NCBI RefSeq assembly: GCF_000150275.1
Contig: NW_002060976.1
Span: 191,626 to 255,625 of the forward strand
Source: Trichoplax adhaerens
Lineage: Eukaryota > Animalia > Placozoa
Reading direction: 5' to 3'
DNA length: 64,000 nt
Below the pieces are notes generated by a model. That model saw only the letters and a program-made list of their open reading frames with translations, was not told where the DNA came from and did no database searches. The first letter of the stretch is position 1, and each line of letters opens with the position of its first letter. Both the position numbers and the translations under genes were made by a program. This document shows, piece after piece, positions 43,480 through 54,717 of the stretch.

Positions 43480-44454
43480 ATGGTACAAAACGATAGCGTT
43501 CTTAATATGATGGACAACTGTTCTGACTACCATAGCTCCCAAAAAATCTCTGGCCTTCATCCTGTTTATGGCATATTATCCATCTTGGGAATTATTGGAA
43601 ATGGGATAGTATATCGAGTGATTAGGCAACAGAAAGGATCTAATGCACAATCAGCTGAAATATTTATCACCAGTTTAGCGGTTGCCGATATGTTAACTGG
43701 ATTGTTCGCTATAGCTGTACCCGATTTTGTTATTCCTTACAAATATTATCATTATCCATCAATAGGTTTACCAGTTTTCTGCGCTATGGTCAGCTCGCAA
43801 TATTTTATATTTTACTTTGGCTTCATATCATTATATACGATAGCAGCTATTAGCTTTGAACGATGGTGCGCTATTGCAGTTCCTTCGAGTTATCGCTGTT
43901 TATTTCAAGCTCATCGCACCAAACGTTATGTCATGATAATCTGGTTAGTCGGGTTAATCTTTCCTATTGACAATATATTTAAACATGTATTGGTCAATAA
44001 AGATGGTTGCGGCCGTTGTAGATGGACCGTGATGTTTAATAATGATAGCATCGAAAGGATTGTCTTTCTGAATTTAGAACTTATTAGAATCTTCCTTCCA
44101 ACTATTTTAATTGTATTTTTCTATAGTGACATTGCTAGACGTATTTGGTCTATAAATTCGCATTTTCAAAATCGTGATACTTTTTGTATCAAAATTACGG
44201 TTATGGCTTTCTTTGCAGCATTCGTTTTCTTATTATGTTGGATACCTAATGAACTATATTTCACATTAGTTATCTTTAAAGTTACCAAAATGGATTCGGT
44301 AATACATCGAACAACGAAATCCATGATTATCTTAAATTCATGCTTAAATCCAATCATTTACATGTCTGCAAATTCAAAATATCGAAAATGCTTTAGGCAA
44401 TGGTTATTGGGTCACAATCGAATTACTTTTGTTGCACCCAAAATGGCAGCTTAA
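43480..44454 (+). CDS. Rhodopsin-family GPCR, intronless, 324 aa; paralog 3
   Basis: 7TM with GN, LAVAD, ERW, CWIP and NPIIY; paralogous to the other two, with shorter ICL3 and C-tail. Confidence 0.93.
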   Translation: MVQNDSVLNMMDNCSDYHSSQKISGLHPVYGILSILGIIGNGIVYRVIRQQKGSNAQSAEIFITSLAVADMLTGLFAIAVPDFVIPYKYYHYPSIGLPVFCAMVSSQYFIFYFGFISLYTIAAISFERWCAIAVPSSYRCLFQAHRTKRYVMIIWLVGLIFPIDNIFKHVLVNKDGCGRCRWTVMFNNDSIERIVFLNLELIRIFLPTILIVFFYSDIARRIWSINSHFQNRDTFCIKITVMAFFAAFVFLLCWIPNELYFTLVIFKVTKMDSVIHRTTKSMIILNSCLNPIIYMSANSKYRKCFRQWLLGHNRITFVAPKMAA

Positions 44455-45120
44455 GCCAATTTTATAATTGGACTAATAGTCACGAGAAGGAGCAAGTCAA
44501 GTTATGCTCTATCAAAGATTGCCAAGAAAGAAACCCCGATTTGGAAGCAATTTTTATAATTTCCCTGACTTAATCAGAGATAGGTAAAATTGCTTTCTCA
44601 TGAAGATGTCATATATACTTTCAAAAATAAAACTTCTTCATCCTTTTGAAAACGGATAATTTGAATTGCTAGCATCTATTATGATAATGATAACACAATT
44701 ATAAGATATTACAAATTTTAACATTAAACTATCAAATTAAAGTAAGCTTTTCTCTCCAGCTGACGTGTACCTACGAGATACTGCAAGGTAAATATACTAT
44801 TAATGCCGTCCAAAGAATGAATAGTGAAAAAGGAATAAATGCACTAAAACAATTCAAATAAAGTCGGTCGTGGTTGACAGTAAATCTCATCAAGTTCAGT
44901 TTCTTCTCTCACTATTAGCTACTCCAAAAATATTTATTCCAACATAAAATTTAAATTTACATACTCTCAATACCCTTCTTATCTATAAAGAGTTTAAGAT
45001 TCATAGTTTTACTACATAGTGATCACCCTTACTTTCCCTTGGGAGGTAAGTAATACTAATCAATGATATATGATTTGAGCTCACTTATTAAAAAAAGGAA
45101 TCGTTAATTTTTCTCAAATT

Positions 45121-45712
45121 AGTATCCCAGATTCTTCGCTACTTCCTTGCTAACTACTACTACAAGCCTTTAAAAGTGATCACAATATGTGGTATAATCA
45201 TATCATTACTTATTTGCGTATGCTAATGATATCACTTATGGTTACGCTATGTCAATAATTATATAAGCAATATGCAAGGAATGTGACAAGTTCATTCAAG
45301 TAGTGAAATTGTTTCGTTGTTGGCATTTTAAGATTTACTGTTAGATACAAATAGATGATAAAATAGAAGCTCCTAAATTAGTGATATCACCCATACGTAA
45401 ATTAAACTCAGTTAAAGATATCATTAATTTATTTAAATAAGAATCCTTGATCCTATGCTACTCCATTGCTTACTTCTACTGGCAGCCTTAAAAAGTGAAG
45501 ATAATGTCTGGCATAATCAAATTATTTCTGCTATGCTCATGCTGACGCTATTACTTTTAAGTTACCGTACGCTAAATAAAAATAATATTGGAAAGATTCA
45601 AAGAATGTAAATTCATTTAAGCATTCAAATTGTTCCGTTGCTGGCAAGTTTAAAGTTTTCACTTAGTAACAAATCCGCGTATGAAATAGAAACTCCCAAA
45701 ATAGACTACATT
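45121..45712. repeat. Old tandem duplication, ~320-bp period
   Basis: Colinear similarity between 45121-45390 and 45441-45712 (e.g. GCCTT.AAAAGTGA, AAATTGTT.CGTTG.TGGCA, AAATAGAA.CTCC.AAA). Confidence 0.7.
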
Positions 45713-45739
45713 TAATATAAAGTATTGAATTTAACTAAC

Positions 45740-46151
45740 TGTGAGGTAGATAGATCAAGAATCTTCAAAACTTTAGAAAATTAAGATTTATTGAAAAAAA
45801 CCTCCATTACGAAGATACAACGTAATCGATTAGCTGAGGACCCCTAACGAGAAAGAACTATCTTACTATACTAAACTACTTGCTTATATACACTTCCTCG
45901 TTTACAGTCTTAGCACCTTACTACACACTTCAGTATTAGCATCTCAAATACAGGCTAGTTTACACCTTTCATGTGAAGCTCTAGTGTGAGCACTGTAGCG
46001 CTCCTCTTCAAAAGGATTACAGTTACTAAGCTAGCTATATTTAATACTTAAGCTTCTAACGAGAATATCTATCACATGTTGAACACAACACCTACGGTAG
46101 ACATTACTAAATATATCATCAACTTAGAATACAATATTACACTGTCTTACA
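45740..46151 (-). mobile_element. Solo LTR, family C, copy 2
   Basis: TGTGAG...CTTACA; flanks CTAAC/TTAAC; matches 33467-33882. Confidence 0.88.
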
Positions 46152-46602
46152 TTAACTCTAAACCCTTCTTGACGAATATTGCTGTCTTTAATGCAGACTT
46201 ATTTTATTATTTAATATCCGCAATTTGCTGTTGAATTATAGGATCGGAAATTCGATGTCCACAAGCATCGAAAAGCACTACTGACGTCAATCTGATTTTC
46301 AGTAATAGGTTCCAAAAATCCAGCGATATAATACTTGTCCTTTGACTCTTTGCTAACGATATCCTTCATTTAAAGTAAGGTACTATATTACAATTCTCGA
46401 ATCTTCAATTCCGATTTCCCAATTGGTTACCGTGCTGTCTCCTAAAAGCTTATTATCTGATCTTCGTGATTTTGTTTCTACCAAATTATTTCTAAAAGTA
46501 ACTTACCAGCAACAAGTTGATTGAAATTTCTTCGATAAAGTAGCCTTACATTTGTTGTTGATGGTAACCTTCCGTTGACTGAAATTAAGCAGGCTATCCT
46601 GC

Positions 46603-47047
46603 TGTCACAAACCAGCTTCGTGACAAGGATAACGTAAAACAAATCTCTAAATTACTATAGTCTCCCAGATTCAGTATCCCTTAACTACCTCACAAGAATT
46701 TAGGCGCCTTTGATTATACGTTAAACTCAACTAAACAATTGAGAACTGCTTTATTCAACTATCTGACGGGCTTATATACCCTTCTACAGCAGTTAACATT
46801 CACGAGTCATCTTATAAAAATACTTAGGTGAGAACATTTACTAACTAATTTTTCACAGTCGGACTACAATATGTCCATTCACAGAATCATTTCAGTACAC
46901 ATTACAGCACAGCATTAAATTTACTGTTACACTTTTATAATTAGAGTAATTCCTATTGTAAGTAACTAGTTGTAATATATTATTATCACTATATTATATT
47001 AACCAAATTTAGATGGCTATTTCTTCATGGTAGTTCGTACCGTGACA
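46603..47047 (-). mobile_element. Solo LTR, family B, copy 2
   Basis: TGTCACA...CGTGACA; perfect 5-bp TSD CCTGC; rc match to 6333-6745 with ~32 extra bp near 46817-46850. Confidence 0.9.
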
Positions 47048-49561
47048 CCTGCATAATTTCTTAACTAATTGATATAAATTTTACGTAACAGCCGTATTTG
47101 CTTTAGTTTAGGCTTTGGCTAATTTTCTTAATTAATGTATGTAGGATCACAGAATTTTATTCAAAATCCTAATAATTATCTTCAATTATTAACAATATAA
47201 ATCAAGCGCACATGGAATGGATTAGAGTAAGCCTTCATTACCACGAAGATATAATCTTATACGATATAAGAAACCATACCCTACAAACGTTAATAGATTT
47301 CTTTAACAGATTTATTTAAAACTTAGCGAGCTGGTGATAATGTTATAATACTATGATATCAGGTTCCACTTTATCGAGAGATGATAGAGATTACCCGGAA
47401 AAACATTGAATATCATGTTAATAGTAGCAGTATTCTTGTATAGACTAGTTATATGAAATTTTATAATCATATTTTTCAAGTTCTAATTCCTTGGGCACGT
47501 GCCCTTTCATTTATATCCCTAATTTATGTCACCTTACCTGTTAATAGCATAGTAGCCCACACGGTAACATATTATCCATATACAAAGGATTCTTTAGCTT
47601 CAATGAAGGTTTCATTTAGTTTTTAGGAGTTACAGCTCGATTTTAAATTATCTAAAGATGATGATTGTTCAAATTACGACCCCATTTTCATTATCATTTT
47701 AATTTTGGAAAAAGCTGAGATCTAATGTAAAATCTTTGCGTAGAAGGTGTTTCAATTATTTGAATATGTATCTTTTCAATAGCTGAACTTACTATATAAT
47801 AAATAAAAAAATTTATAATATCTCAAGGTTTAAAACTTACTCCTAAATAAATAATAATTCTAGATCATAAAATTACTTGCTTTCAGAATAGGACCTTATG
47901 TGCATCGAACTTTTGCGTTTTTTTGCTTAATCAAATTGTTACTTGATACTATTTACTAATGAATATCATTGTGGTTGCTACAAACTAGAGTTGTTGTGAG
48001 GCATTTTGACTAATCAGAAGAGAATATTGAATCTATTTTTATATCCAGACAGTAAAAATCTCATAGCAGAGACGAATTAAATTCTTTTTGTGAAATAGAT
48101 TTAACTTATACCTAAGGCATCTTTCAATAATAAAAGCCAGTAGAGGGAATATGATAAATACTGTATGTTGTAATATAATGACGTAAACAGATCAAAAACT
48201 CATTGCTAGTAGGTCCATGAAAGGATATATCTTTTTTAGCCATGAATACCAGGTGCTTATACTCTAATGATTGAATCAAGTAGAATTGTATGTCTGGATA
48301 GAAATATTTGACCGATACATTTTTAAATCTTAGGCCATTAGTAGATCTATGATATTAATAGGTCAAAGATTCAATCTTAGTCAATCCAGCAATTATCTCA
48401 TCAAGTATCACAGTATTATATCAAGATTCTTCTTTCTATATAGCATTGCCTAAAAATCGTGGAACCATTTATGAAGTAGATATGCTTCAGATAATCAGCA
48501 ATAATCTTATTTCCATCAGTGTCTCCTATGCCGTTATTGAGCGTTCACACTTGCAGTAGTCTGTCTAAGATTGATTTAAATTTAAAGTAGGGTAAAACAT
48601 CCCTTAAAAACCGCATTAGCAAAATTGAAAGAAAAGTGCTGCCTAGAAAGATTCTAATCTCTATTCCTCTCCACTAAAATAATGTATCAGTAAAAGCACC
48701 TTATTCTTATTTTATACAATGAATTAGGAACAAGTAATTGTAATATTGAATCGCCTTAGGCATATCTCTAATAAGGAGTGCGATACGCTACATATTTTCA
48801 TTTATGAATGATTTTATAGGAGTCTGATTTCGGAATATCATAGAATAGATGGTTGATTAATGATGTAATTATTATGCAAACTTTTTCTATATGAGTAATT
48901 AATGAAAATAAATAGAGATTTATGTCGATCTATTTTGTATTAAATATCGTAATTTTATTAAGCAATTGTGCAAAGCTGATGTAACTTAAAATGATTATTA
49001 CGAACCAAATAGAATCAACTAAAAACAGTCATGTTATCAGATATTTATTAATTGATGTTCTGTACAGATTTGAAACAGAGTAGCATAAAAGCAGTTGGAT
49101 TACTATACTTATAGATCAACATGAATTATTGTAATTGTAACAAAATAACTTTTACCCCTATCTTAACTTGTTTATTTGAACGGATAAAGAATCGATTGTA
49201 AAAGTTGGATCATGAAGCTTTTATCGTCTCAAATTTTTAAGGCAAATATCAATAGTCTCCAACTAACGTAAAATAATTTTAATATTAGTTATTGTAATGC
49301 TAAATAAGAGGTAGCCTATAAACATTATAACGTTATTACCACAAAGTATCGATGGGGTATTTAACGGCTAAATATCGGTAAATTTAAATTTAGTAGTGCA
49401 TTAACTTCCTTCTCTATTGATCGACATTAATATGGCTGTCGCATTCGTTTATGCTAACGTGGTCGGATGGTATATAGTTTAAATAAATAAGTAAATTTAG
49501 GATAATTTTCCTCTTTTCGTTATTGTTCTTCATTTTTGAATATTAATTAAAGGTACTAAAA

Positions 49562-52500
49562 TTATTTTATGTGCTTATTATGAAAGTAATTGGCGAATTC
49601 TTCGCGAATTTTGACCGCTTTCACAGAAGCATTACTTCCTTGCTTTTTCAACGGTTTTAGACCAGCAGGTTTATCAAACATTCGCCAATTACCTTGCAGT
49701 GGAACTTTAAAGCCTTGATCCTTTATTACTCTATCAAATGTTCCCTTTGGTGAATAAATTTCCTTGGCTGTAGTATTTCGTCTCATGAAATTATGCAAAA
49801 CAACACACGCTAAAGCTGCTCTTTTAGCGTCTTGCATACTTAAATGAATAGGTTGCTGAAAAATTCGAAATACAGCTGCCATAATTCCAATAGTGTTCTC
49901 AATCACTGCTCTTACCCTAACAATGTGATAATTGAATAATTTCTCTTTTATACTTAGACCACAACGCCGATGATAAGGCTTCATTAGGTGGACATTTAGC
50001 GGAAATGCATCTTCAGCTACAACTACATATGGTACAATATTGTGTCCACCAGGCAATGGTACCTGCTGAGGAAATTGCAATCCATTTCGCGATAGATTTT
50101 GATATAAACTACTGCCTTTAAATGCACCGCCTTCGGAAGGCTTTCCCCAATTGCCGATATCTACTGCCATAAAGTTATAATCGGCATCGATCATGGCCAA
50201 GAATACAAAATTATCAGAATTGTTCGTATTTACACTATTAGCTTTTCCTTCAACATTAGGGTCAACAATAATATGCCTTCCACCAATTGCCCCAATACAG
50301 TGGCAAAATTTCCATTGACGATGAAATTCACTTTCTATCTCCAGCCATTCTCGATCAGTGATAGGAGTCTATAGTTTATTAAATTTATTCAATTCATTAA
50401 TTAGCTAGGTAGATAGCGTTGCGGACCTTCTCGATTGATCAGATAGTCCTATGGACTTTTAGATGCTCAAGCTTTTTAGTAGATTTTAGTATCCGCGTCC
50501 TAGTAATTATATGGTGCACTATAAGGAGGCTAATTACCTTATCTAATTCTTTATTAAATAAATAAATATCAATTTACTGGTATGTGGGTACGGTAACCAA
50601 ATCAAATGTATCACTTAATTATTAGTCGATGAAAATACATAACAATGATTTTGCGGCTAATAATGATAATTATTATAATAAAATAAAACTTGTAAGCGTT
50701 ACTGAGCTAAGCTAACCATCTCACTAAGCGATGTCAGCGATTTATTATCATTATCATCAATGTTTTACTACAATTACGTGTTTATTTATCTTACTAACCC
50801 GAAGATAGCAAGCCAGAACTTTAGGAATAGCCTCACAGACTTTGCTGATTATTTGATACATACTAGTTTGCGATATCTTATATTGATATCGAATACTATC
50901 ATAAGTATCACCAGTGACCAAAAATCGAAGTGTTAACATAACTTGTACAGGTGGGCTGATAGCAATGCCATCTTGATTTGGATTTTCCTGCTCTAATTCA
51001 GGTGCTAACAAAGCCGATAAGTAACGAAAATCTTCAGGCGAAAGTCGCATCATATTTTGAAATGTTGTTTTGTCATCCAATAATAATTGACAGCATGACA
51101 TGTAAGATTCTTCTATACGAGGGTTAGACCTACAATTGTAAATACCCGTGCACGTATCGCATTTAATAAGCAATTTCATCCCTTACTAATAAACAAACCA
51201 AACATTTCAATTCATTCATGCTTTTAAACATAATCGCCATGTTACGTAATCTTTGGAAAGCCTTGAAGAGGCTTACTAAATTATTTTACTATTTAACATA
51301 GATGTAGTTGAAAAATTCTTTAAATATTCTATTTCGTAGGGTTGAGCGCTGAATATATTGGATAAGAAAATTTGTATTATAAATAATTAATTTAAATTTT
51401 ATTAGATTCAGCCAAATTTAAGGTTAATCTGCTATTGTCTATTAAACGCATTACATTGCAGAAATAAGCTAAAGATCATTTACGTTCATTGAGGCTGATG
51501 TCAATATATATATACAGTCTATTGAGCTTATAATAGAACTCAAAATTTTCTTTCTGATGCAATAGTGCTTACAACAACATCTGATTCATTTATCTATTTA
51601 TACAGAGCATTGTCGAGTATATTTTAGTTCGTTAATTAACAAAGGACACTAATTTTCCTGTACGTTGCTTCCTATACCAAAATAAATAACTTAACGTAGA
51701 CAACTCAACTCAAAAAATGCTCATATCTAAACGTAAGGTTTTACATCTTTAAAGAATTAATATGAGCGAATCTTTTGTCTTTAATTAAAGCTATACATAA
51801 GTATTTGCAAGAAAATTACAGTATAATGTTACAAATCTTAAAAGCATTATGTTAAGGAGGTAAAACAGATATAACAGATATATGAATATTAGCAGTTTAG
51901 GATAACAGCTAAAAAGTAATATCATAAGCTTAAATCATATCACCATGACCTACCGTAAAATGTAGGATCCCCCAAAAAAGAAATGTCAGGTTTTAAAATA
52001 ATTGTTAGCTACGCTACTACTAAAGCAATTCTAGGATCAATTTTAAAATTTACTAAATTAATTTACCCAACGTATTAAAATAAAAAAATAGAATAGCGTG
52101 TTGAATTTACTGGTGCCGTTATTAAATGATATCAATACGTAAAATCGATTACCTGGTAGAAATGGTTGCTTGATCTACTGTTTGGCTTGATGATTCGACG
52201 TAAGATTTATTCCTAGCTTCATCATCTACATTGTATTTGATGAAAGCATTAGGATGAGCTATTAGCTATTCTTCGATATGAACATGACAGTACTATACAA
52301 GTCTATAGCACAGACCTAATTCAAGCTTTTTCTTAGCTTTGGTTGGCGTTTGTCGTTTTCTCTTCTTCCCTCGAATTTGACTATTTAAGATGAATAGGTA
52401 TAATAGTAAGACGATTTTAATTTCATAATTGAACATGTTTCCACGAGCCAATATGAAGCTAATTAGCAAAGCATTCAAGATTAAATGGAACAGTAAAGGA

Positions 52501-53122
52501 AAATAATTTCTTCAATAGGCAAGCCAGCTGAATCGACTGATGTAGGATGCTACTCTGTAATAGGATTACCTTCCATCAGTTGAACTACTATCCTGTACCG
52601 CAGATTGCATCCTTTGGCATCGGTCTAGACACTAGTATAGTACAGAACAGGAGCATCTACACAAATTGTGTTTTATTTGTCTGGCTGTATTTGCAGGTAT
52701 AATACGCGTATACTGTACAACTGTATATCTAGTGTACAAGGGTTAACGTAGTGCTAAGATATCCATGCCTTTGCACGGCGAATCAGTATTATTTGGATCA
52801 ATTTACTTTATGTTATAATAACAAGTGGATAAACTGTGCTACAGTACTAAGCAAACTGGATGGCTTGTGAAAATACCGTGGTGAATTGATAAAAGCAGAT
52901 ATACACGTTGGTACATCATCACTGAGAAGGTAAAGAAACCTAGCAAGAGTGCTTCATTCTATTACACAGTGCAGTAATAAAGAGGAAAAAGCTAATTTCC
53001 CACTTTCTCCATGTGATAGTGTATGTACACAGCACAAGCTAAACGACTTCATACAGCTCCCTGTTTATGAGTTAGCATACCTCTGCAGTAACCTCCTCAT
53101 CGTTATCTCCCTTTAGCGCCAT
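49562..53122 (-). CDS. PIF/Harbinger transposase-derived protein (HARBI1/ALP1-like, DDE_Tnp_4 fold), ~495 aa, 7 exons, degenerate catalytic triad
   Basis: Exons 53122-53081, 52958-52877, 52624-52570, 52380-52316, 52258-52153, 51129-50799 and 50368-49562; all GT-AG, phases join into one 1488-nt ORF. Harbinger motifs: FQNMMRLSPEDFRYL, AISPPVQVMLTLRFLVTGDTY (HTH), CIGAIGGRH, AEDAFPL...LMKPY, FNY..VIENTIGIM, ACVVLHNF. The last two exons are more secure than the first five. Confidence 0.85.
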
Positions 53123-53223
53123 TTTATAAGGCTTCATGTTAGTAAAGTCAAGTTATCACCTTTTCGAGACTATAAAACACAAAGATTCTGATAGATAGAT
53201 ACATAGGTACCGTATATAATTGG

Positions 53224-53997
53224 CTAGAACGGACAGTAAATTAAAGCAAGATGATCTCCTATCAAATCGTGCAAAATCAAATCATATCAATGCAAGTATA
53301 GCTTAAAATTGCAGTCTATTCCATTTCTTTTCTTCGGGCTTTGCCAGAATGTGAATGATTCTGCTATAAAATTACTTCCTTGTATCAAATAGTGTAAAAA
53401 TTACATCCTATGAATGCGCAATGTAACTTGAAATTGTACCAAACGTGTATTCCGCGAATTTCCACGGTTTTCTCTAGAACGTGAAAGATGCTGCAGCAAG
53501 ATGAGCTCCTTCTATCAAATCATGTTAATGCGAATGCAACTTAAAACTGCGCTATATTTCATTTCATTCCTACGGATTTCACTGGAACGTGAACGATTCT
53601 GCTTCAAGATGATCTCCTTCTATCAAATAGTGCAATAATCACACCATATTAATGCGATTGTAACTCAAATATGCACTATACAATATTCCCGAATTTTTCC
53701 ATGGGCTTCGCTAGAACGTGAAAGATACTGCTACAAGATGGAGCTCCTTGTATCAAATCATATTAATGCAAATGTAGCTTAAACGTGCACTCTATTCTGC
53801 CGAATTTCTAAGGGTTTCACTAGGATATGAAAGATATTGCTGCAAGATGACCTCCTTCTATCAAATAGTGCATAAATGACATGATATTAGTGCGAATGCA
53901 ACTTAAAATTACTCTGTATTCCGCCGAATTTCCACGGTTGCTAGGACATAAAAGATACCGCTGCAAGATAACCTCCTTCTATCCAAATGATGCAAAA
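53224..53997. repeat. Tandem repeat, ~108-130-bp unit x ~6.5
   Basis: CTAGAACGTGAA.GAT..TGC..CAAGATGA.CTCCTTCTATCAAAT units start at 53224, 53344, 53474, 53582, 53711, 53820 and 53941. Confidence 0.9.
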
Positions 53998-54543
53998 ATA
54001 ATAATCGTTAAAAGTAGAGGAAGCTAATTTACTATTTTCTGAATGTGGTAGGGAATGTGCAGTTGTCATATTTTGTACTATTGCTATATTTAGGATGAGA
54101 TCACTTCTCATTACACGATAGCTTATAAGTTCTACTAATTATGAAAGAGCATACTAAGTCATTCATTTGATTTCTCATAATAATCTGTAGATACTCTAAA
54201 CTTGTTTACTTGTCAACAGGGTAAGAGAAGGCTATATAAATGAGCACATCTCTTACCTTAGATATCTTTCTAGTTGGTCCCTCCGACTATGCGCTATGTG
54301 CTTTGGATTTAAATGAACGTAGTTATTTAATTTCTTGTTTACCCTGTTCTCTGAGTTTATTAACCCTTGTTGCCATGACTGCCTAGTGGCAACAGTTTAT
54401 TCAATCAGCTACAACTTTTTCTTGCGTTAACTCTTGTTCGCTTATCTCTGCCATCATCTCTTCCAAGTTGCACAGCTTGTTTTTGCAGTCCTTGATGTTG
54501 GTCAAAGTAATTCTATTGCTATTTCAAAGCAGCTATGTCTGAA

Positions 54544-54717
54544 ATATATATATATATATGTTATATATATTAAATATATATAATAATATATACATATAAA
54601 TATATATATAATATACATATATAAATATATATATATGTAATAAATATAACCTATATATATATGTACATCATATATAATCTATATAACCTATATATGATAA
54701 TATATATATATATATAA
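54544..54717. repeat. Degenerate (TA)n microsatellite
   Basis: ~170 bp of interrupted TA dinucleotides, lying between a 52-bp direct repeat (54452-54503 and 54766-54817). Confidence 0.9.

Noticed and set aside
49562-53122. Assigning the symbol HARBI1
   Set aside because: Same superfamily, but orthology to vertebrate HARBI1 cannot be shown without a phylogeny, and the motifs are divergent.
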